Part shown: in pieces, positions 1 to 8,923 of the stretch
How positions within the stretch are numbered: position 1 is the stretch's first letter
Layout: each line of letters opens with the position of its first letter
DNA from: an uncultured Gemmatimonadales bacterium
Lineage (GTDB): Bacteria; Gemmatimonadota; Gemmatimonadetes; Gemmatimonadales; Gemmatimonadaceae
DNA length: 37,971 nucleotides
Direction of reading: 5' to 3'
Assembly: GCA_963793305.1 (NCBI GenBank)
Contig: CAWBZV010000019.1
Coordinates: 1 to 37,971 of the forward strand
Notes under the pieces: model-generated
The model's database searches: none
Told to the model about the DNA's origin: nothing
Seen by the model: only the letters and a program-made list of their open reading frames with translations
Position numbers and translations under genes: made by a program

Positions 1-19
1 ACAGCAGTATCGTTGAGGC

Positions 20-739
20 GTGAGAGCCTTCGCCCTCTTACTCGCCGCAACCACGGGCGCCGCGCAAGACCCGGCGGCCGTGCCGTGCAAGAAGCCCTCG
101 GCCTCGCACAAGACCGAATTCCCGCTCGCCTTTCGATACCGCTCGAGCGCGCCGCTCGACCCGGTCTGGGCCCGGGCGGTGTTCGACTCGATCGCCGGCC
201 AGTGGTCGCACCCGCCGTTCAAGCACCAGCGCACCGATCTCACGTTCACGATGCACCGGGACAGTGCGGTCAAGACCTACCACGTGATCCACTCATCGGG
301 CGACAAGGATTTCGATCTGCTCGCCGCACGCGCACTCGCGCTCGCGGCCGTCGGTCACAAGTTGCCGCCGTTGCCGGCGACCTATGCGGGCGACTCCGTC
401 GAGTTCATCATGATGTTCGGCGACCTCGCCTCCTACATGGACTCGGCCACCGCACTATCGGACCGCCACCCAGCTGAGCCCTGGGGCTCGAACGAGCAGC
501 CCAGGTGGCCGACCGGCTATCGCGTGATCGGAGGGTCGGTGCCGGTGGTCGCGCAGTTCGAGATCGACTCAATGGGACGCGTCAATGTCGCGACGATCCG
601 CATCACGAGCGCGCCAAACGATGACTTCGCGGCGGCCGTACGAAGCGTGCTCCCGAACTGGCGGTTCTCTCCGGCGATCGAGCAATGTCGTGCCGTGCGC
701 TCGAGCTATGAGTTCACCCAGAAGTTCGGCGCCCCTTAA
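20..739 (+). CDS. Secreted protein with two TonB/TolA C-terminal-like domains (energy transducer TonB family)
   Basis: Signal peptide MRAFALLLAATTGAA. First domain (LTFTMHRD...SSGDKDFDLLAARAL...LPPLP) resembles the TolA/TonB_2 C-terminus. Second domain (PRWP...VVAQFEIDSMGRV...FAAAVRSVLPNWRFSPA...AVR) resembles TonB_C. TATCGT lies 6 nt before the GTG. Confidence 0.7.
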   Translation: MRAFALLLAATTGAAQDPAAVPCKKPSASHKTEFPLAFRYRSSAPLDPVWARAVFDSIAGQWSHPPFKHQRTDLTFTMHRDSAVKTYHVIHSSGDKDFDLLAARALALAAVGHKLPPLPATYAGDSVEFIMMFGDLASYMDSATALSDRHPAEPWGSNEQPRWPTGYRVIGGSVPVVAQFEIDSMGRVNVATIRITSAPNDDFAAAVRSVLPNWRFSPAIEQCRAVRSSYEFTQKFGAP

Positions 740-2232
740 CGAGCAGGCGGTCCGAACCAGGCCGTGAGCGCGTCATCGAGCCCCAGCTGCGTTCGATCTC
801 CCACCCAAGCCACATATCCGTCGGGCCGAATCAAAATGGCGCCAGGAGCCGTGACAGCCCCGATCACCGGAAGCTCCCACGGACCCGCGTACGTCGCGTC
901 GATCAGCTGCACGCGATCCGCCCACGGTGCGAGCCCCAGGCCGCCGGCCTCGCCGAAGTTGAGGAGCACCGGCCGTGCATGGTGCAGCAGAGAAAAGACC
1001 CGCAGCGGACCGTTGGCGGTGACGAGGTCGAGATCGGGCATGCGGCGGCCGAGCAGCGGGTGTCCGGGCCCAAGATCGTAGCGAATGTCGAGACCAGACA
1101 GCATCCCGGCGAACCGCTTGCGAGGCTCGTCCATGCCGAGGAGCTCGGCCATGCTGTCGCGCAGGGCCTTCGTGCGTTCGTCTGCGCGCCGAAGCGCGAC
1201 ACTCGCCATCGTGTTCCGCAGCACGCGCTCAGCAACCGGGTGTCGCTCGGCGTGGTACGTATCGAGGAGGCTCTCCGGCGATGTCCGCTTCACCACCTGC
1301 GCCAGCTTCCATCCCAGGTTCACCGCATCCTGCACACCGGTGTTGAGACCCTGTCCACCGTCCGGAGCATGCACGTGTGCGGCGTCGCCGGCGAGCAGGA
1401 CGCGTCGCTCGCGATAGGCCGCGGCCTGCCGTGTCATGTCGGTGAATCTGGAGATCCAGGTGGGACTGTGGATCCCGTAATCGGTCCCGCATACGGCGAT
1501 GAGCGCCTCGCTGAGATCGCGCAGCGTCGGCTCGGTCGTGGCTCCGACGTGCGGTTCGGTGATCATGACCCGTATCGGTCCCCCCGGTCCGTAGATCACC
1601 TCGCCATCACGAATGGTGTACTGCTCCTTGCCGAAGGAATGGATGCCAAACGGATTGCGGTGGATGCCCAATGGCGGCTGTTCGGCCATCTCGACCTCGG
1701 CGATCACGTGGCTGACGGTCGCATCCCAGCCAGTGAACTCGATGCCGGCAACTTTACGAACCAGACTGCGTCCACCGTCGCACCCGACGAGGTACACCGC
1801 CCGCAACGACTGGCCGTCGGACAGCTCGACGTCGACGCTGGTGTCGTCCTGCGCGAAACCGGTCACCTCACGTCCGTTATAGATCGGCACCGCCAACTCG
1901 CCGACCCAGCCGGCCAGTATGCGCTCAATGTGGTTCTGCCACAACCCGAGCCCGTAGTTGTGCCGTGTCGGAAAATCGCTCATGTCCAGTCGGACGCCGG
2001 CGAACCCCGCGACCTGAGCCACCTGCCCGTCCGATAGAAACCGATCAGCGATGCCGCGCTGATCGAAGACCTCAATGGTGCGTGAGTGCAAACCGCCCGC
2101 GCGTGAGCCCGCGAGATCCTGATTCGCACGCCGCTCGACAATGGCAACGTCGACGCTCGCCAACGCCAACTCGCCCGCCAACATCAGTCCCGTCGGACCT
2201 GCTCCGACGATCACAACAGCATGGGTTTTCAT
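736..2232 (-). CDS. FAD-dependent monooxygenase (aromatic hydroxylase, Rox/PgaE-like family)
   Basis: GAGPTG Rossmann motif, LVGCDGGRS DG motif, LAGDAAHVH..GGQGLNTGVQDAVNLGWKLA, and C-terminal LIRPDGYVAW. Confidence 0.93.
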   Translation of the reverse strand: MKTHAVVIVGAGPTGLMLAGELALASVDVAIVERRANQDLAGSRAGGLHSRTIEVFDQRGIADRFLSDGQVAQVAGFAGVRLDMSDFPTRHNYGLGLWQNHIERILAGWVGELAVPIYNGREVTGFAQDDTSVDVELSDGQSLRAVYLVGCDGGRSLVRKVAGIEFTGWDATVSHVIAEVEMAEQPPLGIHRNPFGIHSFGKEQYTIRDGEVIYGPGGPIRVMITEPHVGATTEPTLRDLSEALIAVCGTDYGIHSPTWISRFTDMTRQAAAYRERRVLLAGDAAHVHAPDGGQGLNTGVQDAVNLGWKLAQVVKRTSPESLLDTYHAERHPVAERVLRNTMASVALRRADERTKALRDSMAELLGMDEPRKRFAGMLSGLDIRYDLGPGHPLLGRRMPDLDLVTANGPLRVFSLLHHARPVLLNFGEAGGLGLAPWADRVQLIDATYAGPWELPVIGAVTAPGAILIRPDGYVAWVGDRTQLGLDDALTAWFGPPAR

Positions 2233-2283
2233 GCCGGCGACTCTACAGCCCGACCCGGGCCTTGCCGCAAGTCCGGGGGTGCG

Positions 2284-2688
2284 CTATATGCTGGTAGTGG
2301 CGATGCGGTCCGCGTCTATCGCGACGGCCGCTTCACGCTGAGCCTGCCGCCACGCTGGCATCGTTCGGGCGACGAGCCTCCGCCCCGTTGCGGTCAACCG
2401 GAGCACCCGGTCCGTCCCCGCGGCCGACACCCAGCGGTGCTCGATGAGGCGCTTCAAGTTGCGGCTCACCGTCGACTTCTCCAGGTCGAGCGCGCGTACG
2501 AGGTCCCCCGCGCGAAGGTCCACGCTCAAGCCCAGCGCAATGAGCATGTTGAACTGCGCGATCGTGAGGCCGCGCGGCCTGAGCGCGGCGTCATAGATCC
2601 GGGTCACGCGACGGTTCAACCGCCGGACCCGAAACGCCAAACATGTATCGCGCACCTCCCGTGCGGCCGCTCGCAGGTCGTCTCGCAA
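2284..2688 (-). CDS. MarR-family transcriptional regulator
   Basis: CLAFRVRRLNRRVTRIYD..L...GLTIAQFNML and LDLEKSTVSRNLKRL winged HTH, then LTATG. TTG start with TATATT 7 nt upstream. Confidence 0.9.
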   Translation of the reverse strand: MRDDLRAAAREVRDTCLAFRVRRLNRRVTRIYDAALRPRGLTIAQFNMLIALGLSVDLRAGDLVRALDLEKSTVSRNLKRLIEHRWVSAAGTDRVLRLTATGRRLVARTMPAWRQAQREAAVAIDADRIATTSI

Positions 2689-2700
2689 TCGTGATAATAT

Positions 2701-2716
2701 AGTTGTATATACAACT
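2701..2716. promoter_or_regulatory. Perfect 16-bp palindrome AGTTGTATATACAACT, probable MarR operator
   Basis: AT-rich perfect inverted repeat in the 29-bp gap between divergent marR (start 2688) and SDR (start 2718). It overlaps -10-like hexamers. Confidence 0.8.
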
Positions 2717-2717
2717 C

Positions 2718-3531
2718 ATGAGCACCGCCAAGACCATTCTCGTCACGGGCGCGTCCTCCGGGATCGGCGCCGCCGTCGTCTCGCGACTCGCCGCCGACGG
2801 TCACCGCGTCATCGGCACGGCTCGCGAAGCCGGCCCCAAGAACCCCGACGGCTCACCGATGCTCGAGCTCGAACGTCACGTCGGATGACTCCGTCCGCAC
2901 CTGCGTTGCCCGGTTTCTGGAGCTGACCGGCCGCATCAACGTCCTGATCAATAACGCCGGTTATCTCGAGAGCGGCGCGGTCGAGGAGGTCTCACTCGAC
3001 GCCGCGGAATCGGAATTTCAGACGAACTACTTCGGCGTGGTTCGCATGGTCAAAGCCGTGCTGCCGACGATGCGACAGCAGAAGAGCGGCCTCGTTGCCA
3101 CCACCAGCTCGCTCGCTGGACTCGTCCCCCTCCCCTTCTGGGGCCACTACAACGCGAGCAAGTCGGCCGTCGAGGCGTTGATGGAAACGCTGCGTTACGA
3201 AGTGAGCCCGTTCGGGATCCACGTCGCTATGGTCGAGCCTGGAGCGATCAAGACACCGTTCTACGCTGCACCGAGGGCCGCATCCATGTCGGAGTACACG
3301 GCGTGGAGCAGCCGGTTCTTCGACGCCATGAAAGGGTTCGAGACCAAGGCGCCTGGCCCCGATGTCGTGGCCGCCCTCTACTCGCGAATCGTGCGCAGCA
3401 ATAACCCGCCGCTTCGGAACACGGTCACGACGGAAGCCAAACTGTTTCCTTTCTTGCGGTGGCTTTTGCCACCGGGCTTCTTTGAAACGGGTGTGCGTGT
3501 AGGATTCAAGATCAACGACGTGCGCGCGTGA
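2718..3531 (+). CDS. Short-chain dehydrogenase/reductase (SDR) with one frameshift, probably a sequencing error
   Basis: TGASSGIG, NNAG and YNASK motifs. Removing one A at 2872-2873 (gaacgtc to gac gtc) restores LELDVTSDDSV and joins the two ORF pieces. Confidence 0.88.
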
Positions 3532-3604
3532 CCGCCCCGGTACACATGCCGGTTATGATCGGTCACCCCCTGCACGTGTTTCACACCGCATGAGGAGACC
3601 GGTT

Positions 3605-4000
3605 ATGAGCGAAGTCACGATCAGCGACACGATGGCAGTCGGTTCCCAGTTGGTCGATCTCTGCCGTCAAGGCAAAGAGCGCGAAGCGATCGAGACGTTG
3701 TACGCCCCCGAGATCGTCAGCATCGAACCCTTTGGCAGCCCCGCCATGCCGCAGCGCATGGAAGGCCTGGCCGACGTCATTGGCAAGGCCGAGTGGTGGG
3801 AGAACAACAACGAGGTCCACAGTCGCGAGGTCAGCGGCCCGTACCCACATGGCGACCGCTTCGTCGTCCGCTTCAAGTATGACATCACCGCGAAGCAGGG
3901 CCCGATGGCCGGCCAGCGCATGACGATGGACGAGACCGCGCTGTATCGCGTCGCCGATGGCAAGGTCGTGCAGGAAGAATTCTTCTATCACATGGGCTGA
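3605..4000 (+). CDS. SnoaL-like / NTF2-family protein
   Basis: LVDLCRQGK...LYAPEIVSIE...GPYPHGDRFVVRFKYD...MDETALYRVADGKVVQEEFFY. SD GAGGAG upstream of ATG 3605. Confidence 0.85.
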   Translation: MSEVTISDTMAVGSQLVDLCRQGKEREAIETLYAPEIVSIEPFGSPAMPQRMEGLADVIGKAEWWENNNEVHSREVSGPYPHGDRFVVRFKYDITAKQGPMAGQRMTMDETALYRVADGKVVQEEFFYHMG

Positions 4001-4035
4001 CGTTAACGGTCCGGGTGCTCGCGCGTCTGACACGT

Positions 4036-4758
4036 ATGCAGACGCTTCGCACCCTACATATCGCGATCCTTGGCCTGTGCCTCGCCGCACCGGCCTATGC
4101 TCAGGGCAGCGGTGGGTCGGACATGCACATGGACATGAACCACATGCGCATGACGGCCCACCAACCCATGGCCCCCGGCGACTCCGCCCGCGCGGCCCAG
4201 GTTCTCGCCACACTCCGCACTTCGCTCGCGCCGTACCAGGACTACCACAAGGCCCTCGCCGACGGCTACCGGATCTTCCTGCCGAAGGTCAAGCAACCCG
4301 TCTACCACTTCACGAACCGCGCGATCACCCGCGCCGGCGTGAAGACGTTCGATCCCGCGCACCCGGGGTCGTTGCTGTACGAGAAAGTCGACGACTCGAC
4401 CTACAAGCTCGTCGGCGCGATGTACATCGCGGCCAAGGCTGCGACGCCCGAGGACCTCAACGCGCGTCTCCCGTTGAGCGTCGCCACCTGGCACGCGCAC
4501 ACGAACTTCTGCGTCCCGCAGCCCCTGCTCTCTCGCTCGCTCTGGGCGAAGAGGGACTCGACCGGCAAGCGACTCTTCGGATTCCGCGGGGTGATCTCGA
4601 CCGCCGACGCCTGTGCCGCGGCAAACGGCAAGTTCTACCCTCAGGTCTTCGGCTGGATGGTGCACGTCTATCCGTTCGCGCCCACCTGGGCCGAGGTGTG
4701 GGCAACCGATGAGGTGCCCAACACCACCGACGGCATGACGAACATGCGCATGCAATGA
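4036..4758 (+). CDS. Secreted conserved hypothetical protein, His/Met-rich
   Basis: Signal peptide ending AAPAYA|Q, a DMHMDMNHMRMT segment, and YHFTN, SLLYEK, LVGAMY, WHAH and GWMVHVYP motifs. Confidence 0.75.
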   Translation: MQTLRTLHIAILGLCLAAPAYAQGSGGSDMHMDMNHMRMTAHQPMAPGDSARAAQVLATLRTSLAPYQDYHKALADGYRIFLPKVKQPVYHFTNRAITRAGVKTFDPAHPGSLLYEKVDDSTYKLVGAMYIAAKAATPEDLNARLPLSVATWHAHTNFCVPQPLLSRSLWAKRDSTGKRLFGFRGVISTADACAAANGKFYPQVFGWMVHVYPFAPTWAEVWATDEVPNTTDGMTNMRMQ

Positions 4759-4807
4759 CCTGAAGGGCACGCAACCCTTCCGCGCATTGGGCTGTCCAAC
4801 CTGCTCA

Positions 4808-7231
4808 ATGCGCACCGACATCCGTAACGCCGTTCGCGGACTCCTCCGTAGCCCGACAGTCACCGGGTCCGCGATTCTCTGCCTGACCTTAGGCGTGGGC
4901 GCGACCACCGCGATCGCGAGCGCCATCGACCGCGCCCTGGTCAAACCCCTGCCGTTCCGCTCTCCGGACGGCCTCCTCACCGTCTACCGCACCGCGCCCC
5001 AAGCGAACGACTGGCCAACCGCGCCGGCCAAGTACCTCGACGTCGCCCGCGCGACCCATCAGTTGACCGGCCTCGCCGCCATCGCGGCCTTCGGCTCGGG
5101 ACTCCTCGCGGTCGGGGATCGCTCGGATAACGTCAACACGGTGCGCATCACCGGCAACCTGTTTCCAATGCTCGGCGTCGTCGGCGCCCGCGGTCGCCTG
5201 ATCACGGTGAGCGACGACTCCGCCGGCGCCGATCCCGTCGCCGTGCTGAGCGACGAGCTCTGGAAGCGCGACTTCAATGGCGACCCCAACTTGATCGGTC
5301 GTCCCATCCACCTCGATGGCACGGCGCGCACGGTCATCGGCATCCTCCCGCCGAACTTCTTCGTACCGCAGGGCCAAAACCCCACGCGCGGCGATGTCTG
5401 GCTGCCGATGCGCTTCTCGGCCGAGGAGGCCGCGAGCCGCGGCTCGAACTACCTCGAGATGGTCGGCCGCCTCGCACCGGACGCCACCCTCTCGTCCGCG
5501 AACCAAGAGCTGCACGCGATCGTCGCCCGGATGATCGAAGAGCACCCGCACATGAGCGGCGAAAGCATGCGCGCCGTCCCTATGCAGGCCGAAGGCGTGC
5601 GAACCGTTCGCACCCCCATGCTGATGTTGTTCGGCGCCGTGATCGGCGTGCTGCTCATCGCCGCCACCAACGTCGCGAGCCTCCTCCTCGCCCGCGGCCT
5701 CGGCCGCCGCCGCGAGATGGCCGTCCGCACCGCGCTCGGCGGCAGCCGCTGGGCCATCATGTACCCGGTCCTCATCGAGAGCCTGCTGCTCACCTGCGTC
5801 GGCGCCGTCCTCGGCCTCGCCCTCGCCTGGGCCGGCGTGCGCACGATCGGCTCGCTCGCCGCGAATCAGATCGAGCCCCTCCGCGGCCTCACCATCGACT
5901 TCCGCATCGTCGCCTTCGCACTCGCCCTCTCGCTGCTCGTCGCACTCCTCTGCGGCGCCCTACCCGCCTGGCGCACCGCCTCGATCCACCCACAAGAGGC
6001 CCTCGCCGGTACGCGCGGCGCCAGCAGTGGCCGGCGCGAGCAACGCGCGCTCTCGACACTCGTGGTCGTCGAAGTCGGCCTCTCGCTCGTGCTCCTGGTC
6101 GGCGCCGCGCTCGTGCTCCGCGGATTCGTGGGGCTCACGCGACGCGATCCAGGATTCGACCCACGACCCGTGCTCACCATGCACGTCACCATCCCGTCGC
6201 CGAAGTACGATCGGGACACAAGCGCCCAGCGGCGCTTCCTCGTCCCGGCACTCGCCGCGATCACGCACCTGCCCGGCGTCGGCGCCGCCGCCGCGATCCA
6301 GACGATGCCCTACGAAGGCTGGGGCAACAATTTCAATATCCGCTACGAGGGCAAACCCGCCGACGAGCCCGAGAAACTTCCGCTCGTCGACTACCGCGTC
6401 GTCTCGCCGTCGTTCTTCCAGGTCACCCGCCAACGTCTGATTGCCGGACGGCTCCTGCGCGACGACGACGATGACCGGCCCGGCGTGCCCAGCGTCACCG
6501 TCGTCAACGAGGCCCTCGCCAAGCGTGATTTCCCCGGCGAAAGCGCCGTCGGCAAACGCTTTTATTTCTTATCCGACACAACACTGACCACGATCGTCGG
6601 CGTCGTCAGCGACATCCGAAACGCCGGCCCATTCGACCAACCGGTACCAGAGGCCTATTTCACGTACACCCAAAACGCCCAGAGCAACACGTACTTCCCA
6701 GTGATGATCCGCGCCAAAGGCGATGACCCGACCGCCCTCACACCAGCCGTACGCGCCGCGATCCGCAACATCGACGCCGAGGCCGCCGTGAGCGACGTCC
6801 GCACCATGCCCGAAGTCATGGCCCAGAGCATGGGCACCCCGCGCTTTTATCTGACACTCCTCGCCACATTCGCCGCCGTCGCCCTGATCCTCGCCATAGC
6901 GGGCGTCTACGGCGTTCTCTCCTACGCCGTCGAGCAACGCATGCGCGAGCTCGGCATCCGCCGCGCCCTCGGCAGCTCGGCCTCCGGTCTCCTCCACCTC
7001 GTGACCCGCCGCGGCGCCGCGATGATCGGCACCGGCATCCTCCTCGGCGTCCTCGGCGCCGCCGCCCTCACGCGCGTCTTAAGCACCTTGCTCTACGGCC
7101 TGAGCCCGATCGACGCCCTAAGCTGGACCGCGGCCACACTCGCCCTCGCGTGCGCGGGTATCCTCGCTTCACTCGTCCCCGCCCTCCGCGCCAGCCGTGC
7201 AGATCCACTGATCGCCATTCGTGTCGAGTAA
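4808..7231 (+). CDS. ADOP-type duplicated ABC permease (two MacB_PCD + FtsX repeats), no adjacent ATPase
   Basis: DIRNAVRGLLRSP, LTLGVGATTAI, LLIAATNVASLLLAR..RRREMAVRTALG, GVYGVLSYAVEQRMRELGIRRALG, PALRASRADP. Confidence 0.92.
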   Translation: MRTDIRNAVRGLLRSPTVTGSAILCLTLGVGATTAIASAIDRALVKPLPFRSPDGLLTVYRTAPQANDWPTAPAKYLDVARATHQLTGLAAIAAFGSGLLAVGDRSDNVNTVRITGNLFPMLGVVGARGRLITVSDDSAGADPVAVLSDELWKRDFNGDPNLIGRPIHLDGTARTVIGILPPNFFVPQGQNPTRGDVWLPMRFSAEEAASRGSNYLEMVGRLAPDATLSSANQELHAIVARMIEEHPHMSGESMRAVPMQAEGVRTVRTPMLMLFGAVIGVLLIAATNVASLLLARGLGRRREMAVRTALGGSRWAIMYPVLIESLLLTCVGAVLGLALAWAGVRTIGSLAANQIEPLRGLTIDFRIVAFALALSLLVALLCGALPAWRTASIHPQEALAGTRGASSGRREQRALSTLVVVEVGLSLVLLVGAALVLRGFVGLTRRDPGFDPRPVLTMHVTIPSPKYDRDTSAQRRFLVPALAAITHLPGVGAAAAIQTMPYEGWGNNFNIRYEGKPADEPEKLPLVDYRVVSPSFFQVTRQRLIAGRLLRDDDDDRPGVPSVTVVNEALAKRDFPGESAVGKRFYFLSDTTLTTIVGVVSDIRNAGPFDQPVPEAYFTYTQNAQSNTYFPVMIRAKGDDPTALTPAVRAAIRNIDAEAAVSDVRTMPEVMAQSMGTPRFYLTLLATFAAVALILAIAGVYGVLSYAVEQRMRELGIRRALGSSASGLLHLVTRRGAAMIGTGILLGVLGAAALTRVLSTLLYGLSPIDALSWTAATLALACAGILASLVPALRASRADPLIAIRVE

Positions 7232-7250
7232 TGCACAACAGCCCGGCGTA

Positions 7251-7314
7251 GGACGACATATATCGGCGCAGCGATCTGCTGTACCGAACATCGCGGAGCC
7301 GATATATGTCGTCC
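7251..7314. repeat. Long inverted repeat with 17-bp perfect arms between convergent genes; bidirectional terminator or REP-like element
   Basis: GGACGACATATATCGGC (7251-7267) pairs with GCCGATATATGTCGTCC (7298-7314), with further inner pairing GCGAT/ATCGC. A GTAG (7248-7251) sits at the left foot. Confidence 0.8.
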
Positions 7315-7319
7315 GGAGC

Positions 7320-8462
7320 TCAGCGCGCTGCCACTATCCCAGGCGTATTCCGCGAGAACCCGGCAACGGTCGACTCGGGAATCCCAGTGTTGTCGGTGAC
7401 GATCTCGGGCGGCACGGTAGCCAGCCACTGCGCGAGGCTCGACTCCTGATAGATCCCGGAGTTGAACCCGAGGATGATGTGCGCCTCATCAGGCCCGATG
7501 CTCTCGAGATGATGCCCGAACCCGCGCGGGATGTACACAACCTCCCCGGGCCCAACTTCCTCGGTACGCGACCGCCCACTCGATCCAAACAACGTCACCC
7601 GCACTCGCCCGGACACGTAGTACTGCCACTCGTCCGCATTCGGATGCCAATGCATCGCCCGTAACGCACCAGGCTTGAGCGTCATGTACGCCCCCGTGAT
7701 GGTCCTCGACACGGGAAACTCGACCGATGACGCAATGCGAATGGTCCCACCCGGAAACTCGTGCGGCGCCTGCGCCATAAGCCGATACCGATGCGACTCC
7801 GCGCCAACACGCTCGGTCCCCGGCGGCGGATCCGTCGGCAGCGCCGCCGGCACGCGCCCTTGCGCGATGTAGACCTCTTTCTTCGGGATGTTCGCGAACG
7901 TCGACGCAGGCGTAGAGAAGTTCTGCGAGAGCACGTTCTGCCCGGTAAGCCCCATCCAGTCCGTGATGCTGAACGTCCCGTACTCGGAAAAATGCCCGCT
8001 ATCGAAGATGAGCACGAAGTGCGTCTCCTCGGGCCCGAGCCCTTGGAGCGAATGCCCGTACCCGCGCGGAAAATACCAAATGTCGCCAGGCCCAAGGTCG
8101 ACAACCTCGTTGTGCCCGTCGGGATCGAAGACCGTGATCCGACACCGCCCCCGGTCCATAAACGCCCACTCGGCCGCGAGCGCATGCCAATGCAGCTCAC
8201 GTAGACCACCAGGCTTGAGGTACATGGAGACCCCCGCCAGCCCCTCGGACAGCGCAAACTCCTTCACGGTCGCTTCTCGCGCATACCCACCAGCGGCGAT
8301 CTTGCCGACCTGCTGCTCGATCTTGAACGTGAACGGCGGAATCGGCTCCGCCGGCTCCGCCATGATGCGATCAGCCAGCGTCATCCGCCGCTCGCCCGGC
8401 ATCAGCGCCCCGACCAACCCCAACCCGGCCGCAGCCGCAAAGTCCCGTCGCGTGACCGTCAT
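7320..8462 (-). CDS. oxdC: Oxalate decarboxylase-family bicupin with Tat signal peptide
   Basis: Two cupin Mn-binding motifs, RELHWHALAAEW and RAMHWHPNADEW. Lid segment FSEYGTF (OxdC has FSENSTF). N-terminal TRRDF twin-arginine motif plus hydrophobic region. Confidence 0.85.
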   Translation of the reverse strand: MTVTRRDFAAAAGLGLVGALMPGERRMTLADRIMAEPAEPIPPFTFKIEQQVGKIAAGGYAREATVKEFALSEGLAGVSMYLKPGGLRELHWHALAAEWAFMDRGRCRITVFDPDGHNEVVDLGPGDIWYFPRGYGHSLQGLGPEETHFVLIFDSGHFSEYGTFSITDWMGLTGQNVLSQNFSTPASTFANIPKKEVYIAQGRVPAALPTDPPPGTERVGAESHRYRLMAQAPHEFPGGTIRIASSVEFPVSRTITGAYMTLKPGALRAMHWHPNADEWQYYVSGRVRVTLFGSSGRSRTEEVGPGEVVYIPRGFGHHLESIGPDEAHIILGFNSGIYQESSLAQWLATVPPEIVTDNTGIPESTVAGFSRNTPGIVAAR

Positions 8463-8920
8463 TTGACCCCCAGCAGCTCAACGTCGAACACGAGCGTCGA
8501 ATTCGGCGGGATCGGATCCGACCCACTCTCGCCATACCCCAAGCTGGCCGGAATCACCAGCAGTCGCCGCCCACCCACATGCATTCCCGCTACGCCTTCG
8601 TCCCAGCCTTTGATGACCTGACCAGCGCCGATCGGAAAGGCGAACGGCGCCCCACGGTCGCGACTGGAGTCGAACTTCGTGCCGTTCGGCAGCCACCCCG
8701 TATAGTGCACGGTCGCCATCTGCCCCGCCTTGGCCTCGGCCCCGTCCCCAACTTTCACGTCTTTATACGCCAACCCCGATGGCGTCTTCGTCATGGAGGC
8801 CATGTCCACACCAAGTTCTGGCGCGAACGTCATGCCCGACCCCGATGATGCCGCTGGTGCCGCTTTGCGTTCACCGCCGCAGGCCGCGATGCAAAGGCAC
8901 AAGAGAATGGCAATGCGCAT
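8459..8920 (-). CDS. FKBP-type peptidyl-prolyl isomerase, lipoprotein
   Basis: VHYTGWL..GTKFDSSRDR, VIKGWDEGV, IPASLGYG, IPPNSTLVFDVEL. Lipobox IAAC. Confidence 0.95.
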   Translation of the reverse strand: MRIAILLCLCIAACGGERKAAPAASSGSGMTFAPELGVDMASMTKTPSGLAYKDVKVGDGAEAKAGQMATVHYTGWLPNGTKFDSSRDRGAPFAFPIGAGQVIKGWDEGVAGMHVGGRRLLVIPASLGYGESGSDPIPPNSTLVFDVELLGVK

Positions 8921-8923
8921 GGC

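Noticed and set aside
736..2232. Rifampicin monooxygenase (rox) resistance gene
   Set aside because: Only family-level resemblance is visible. I saw no rifamycin-associated element upstream, and substrate cannot be assigned from motifs.
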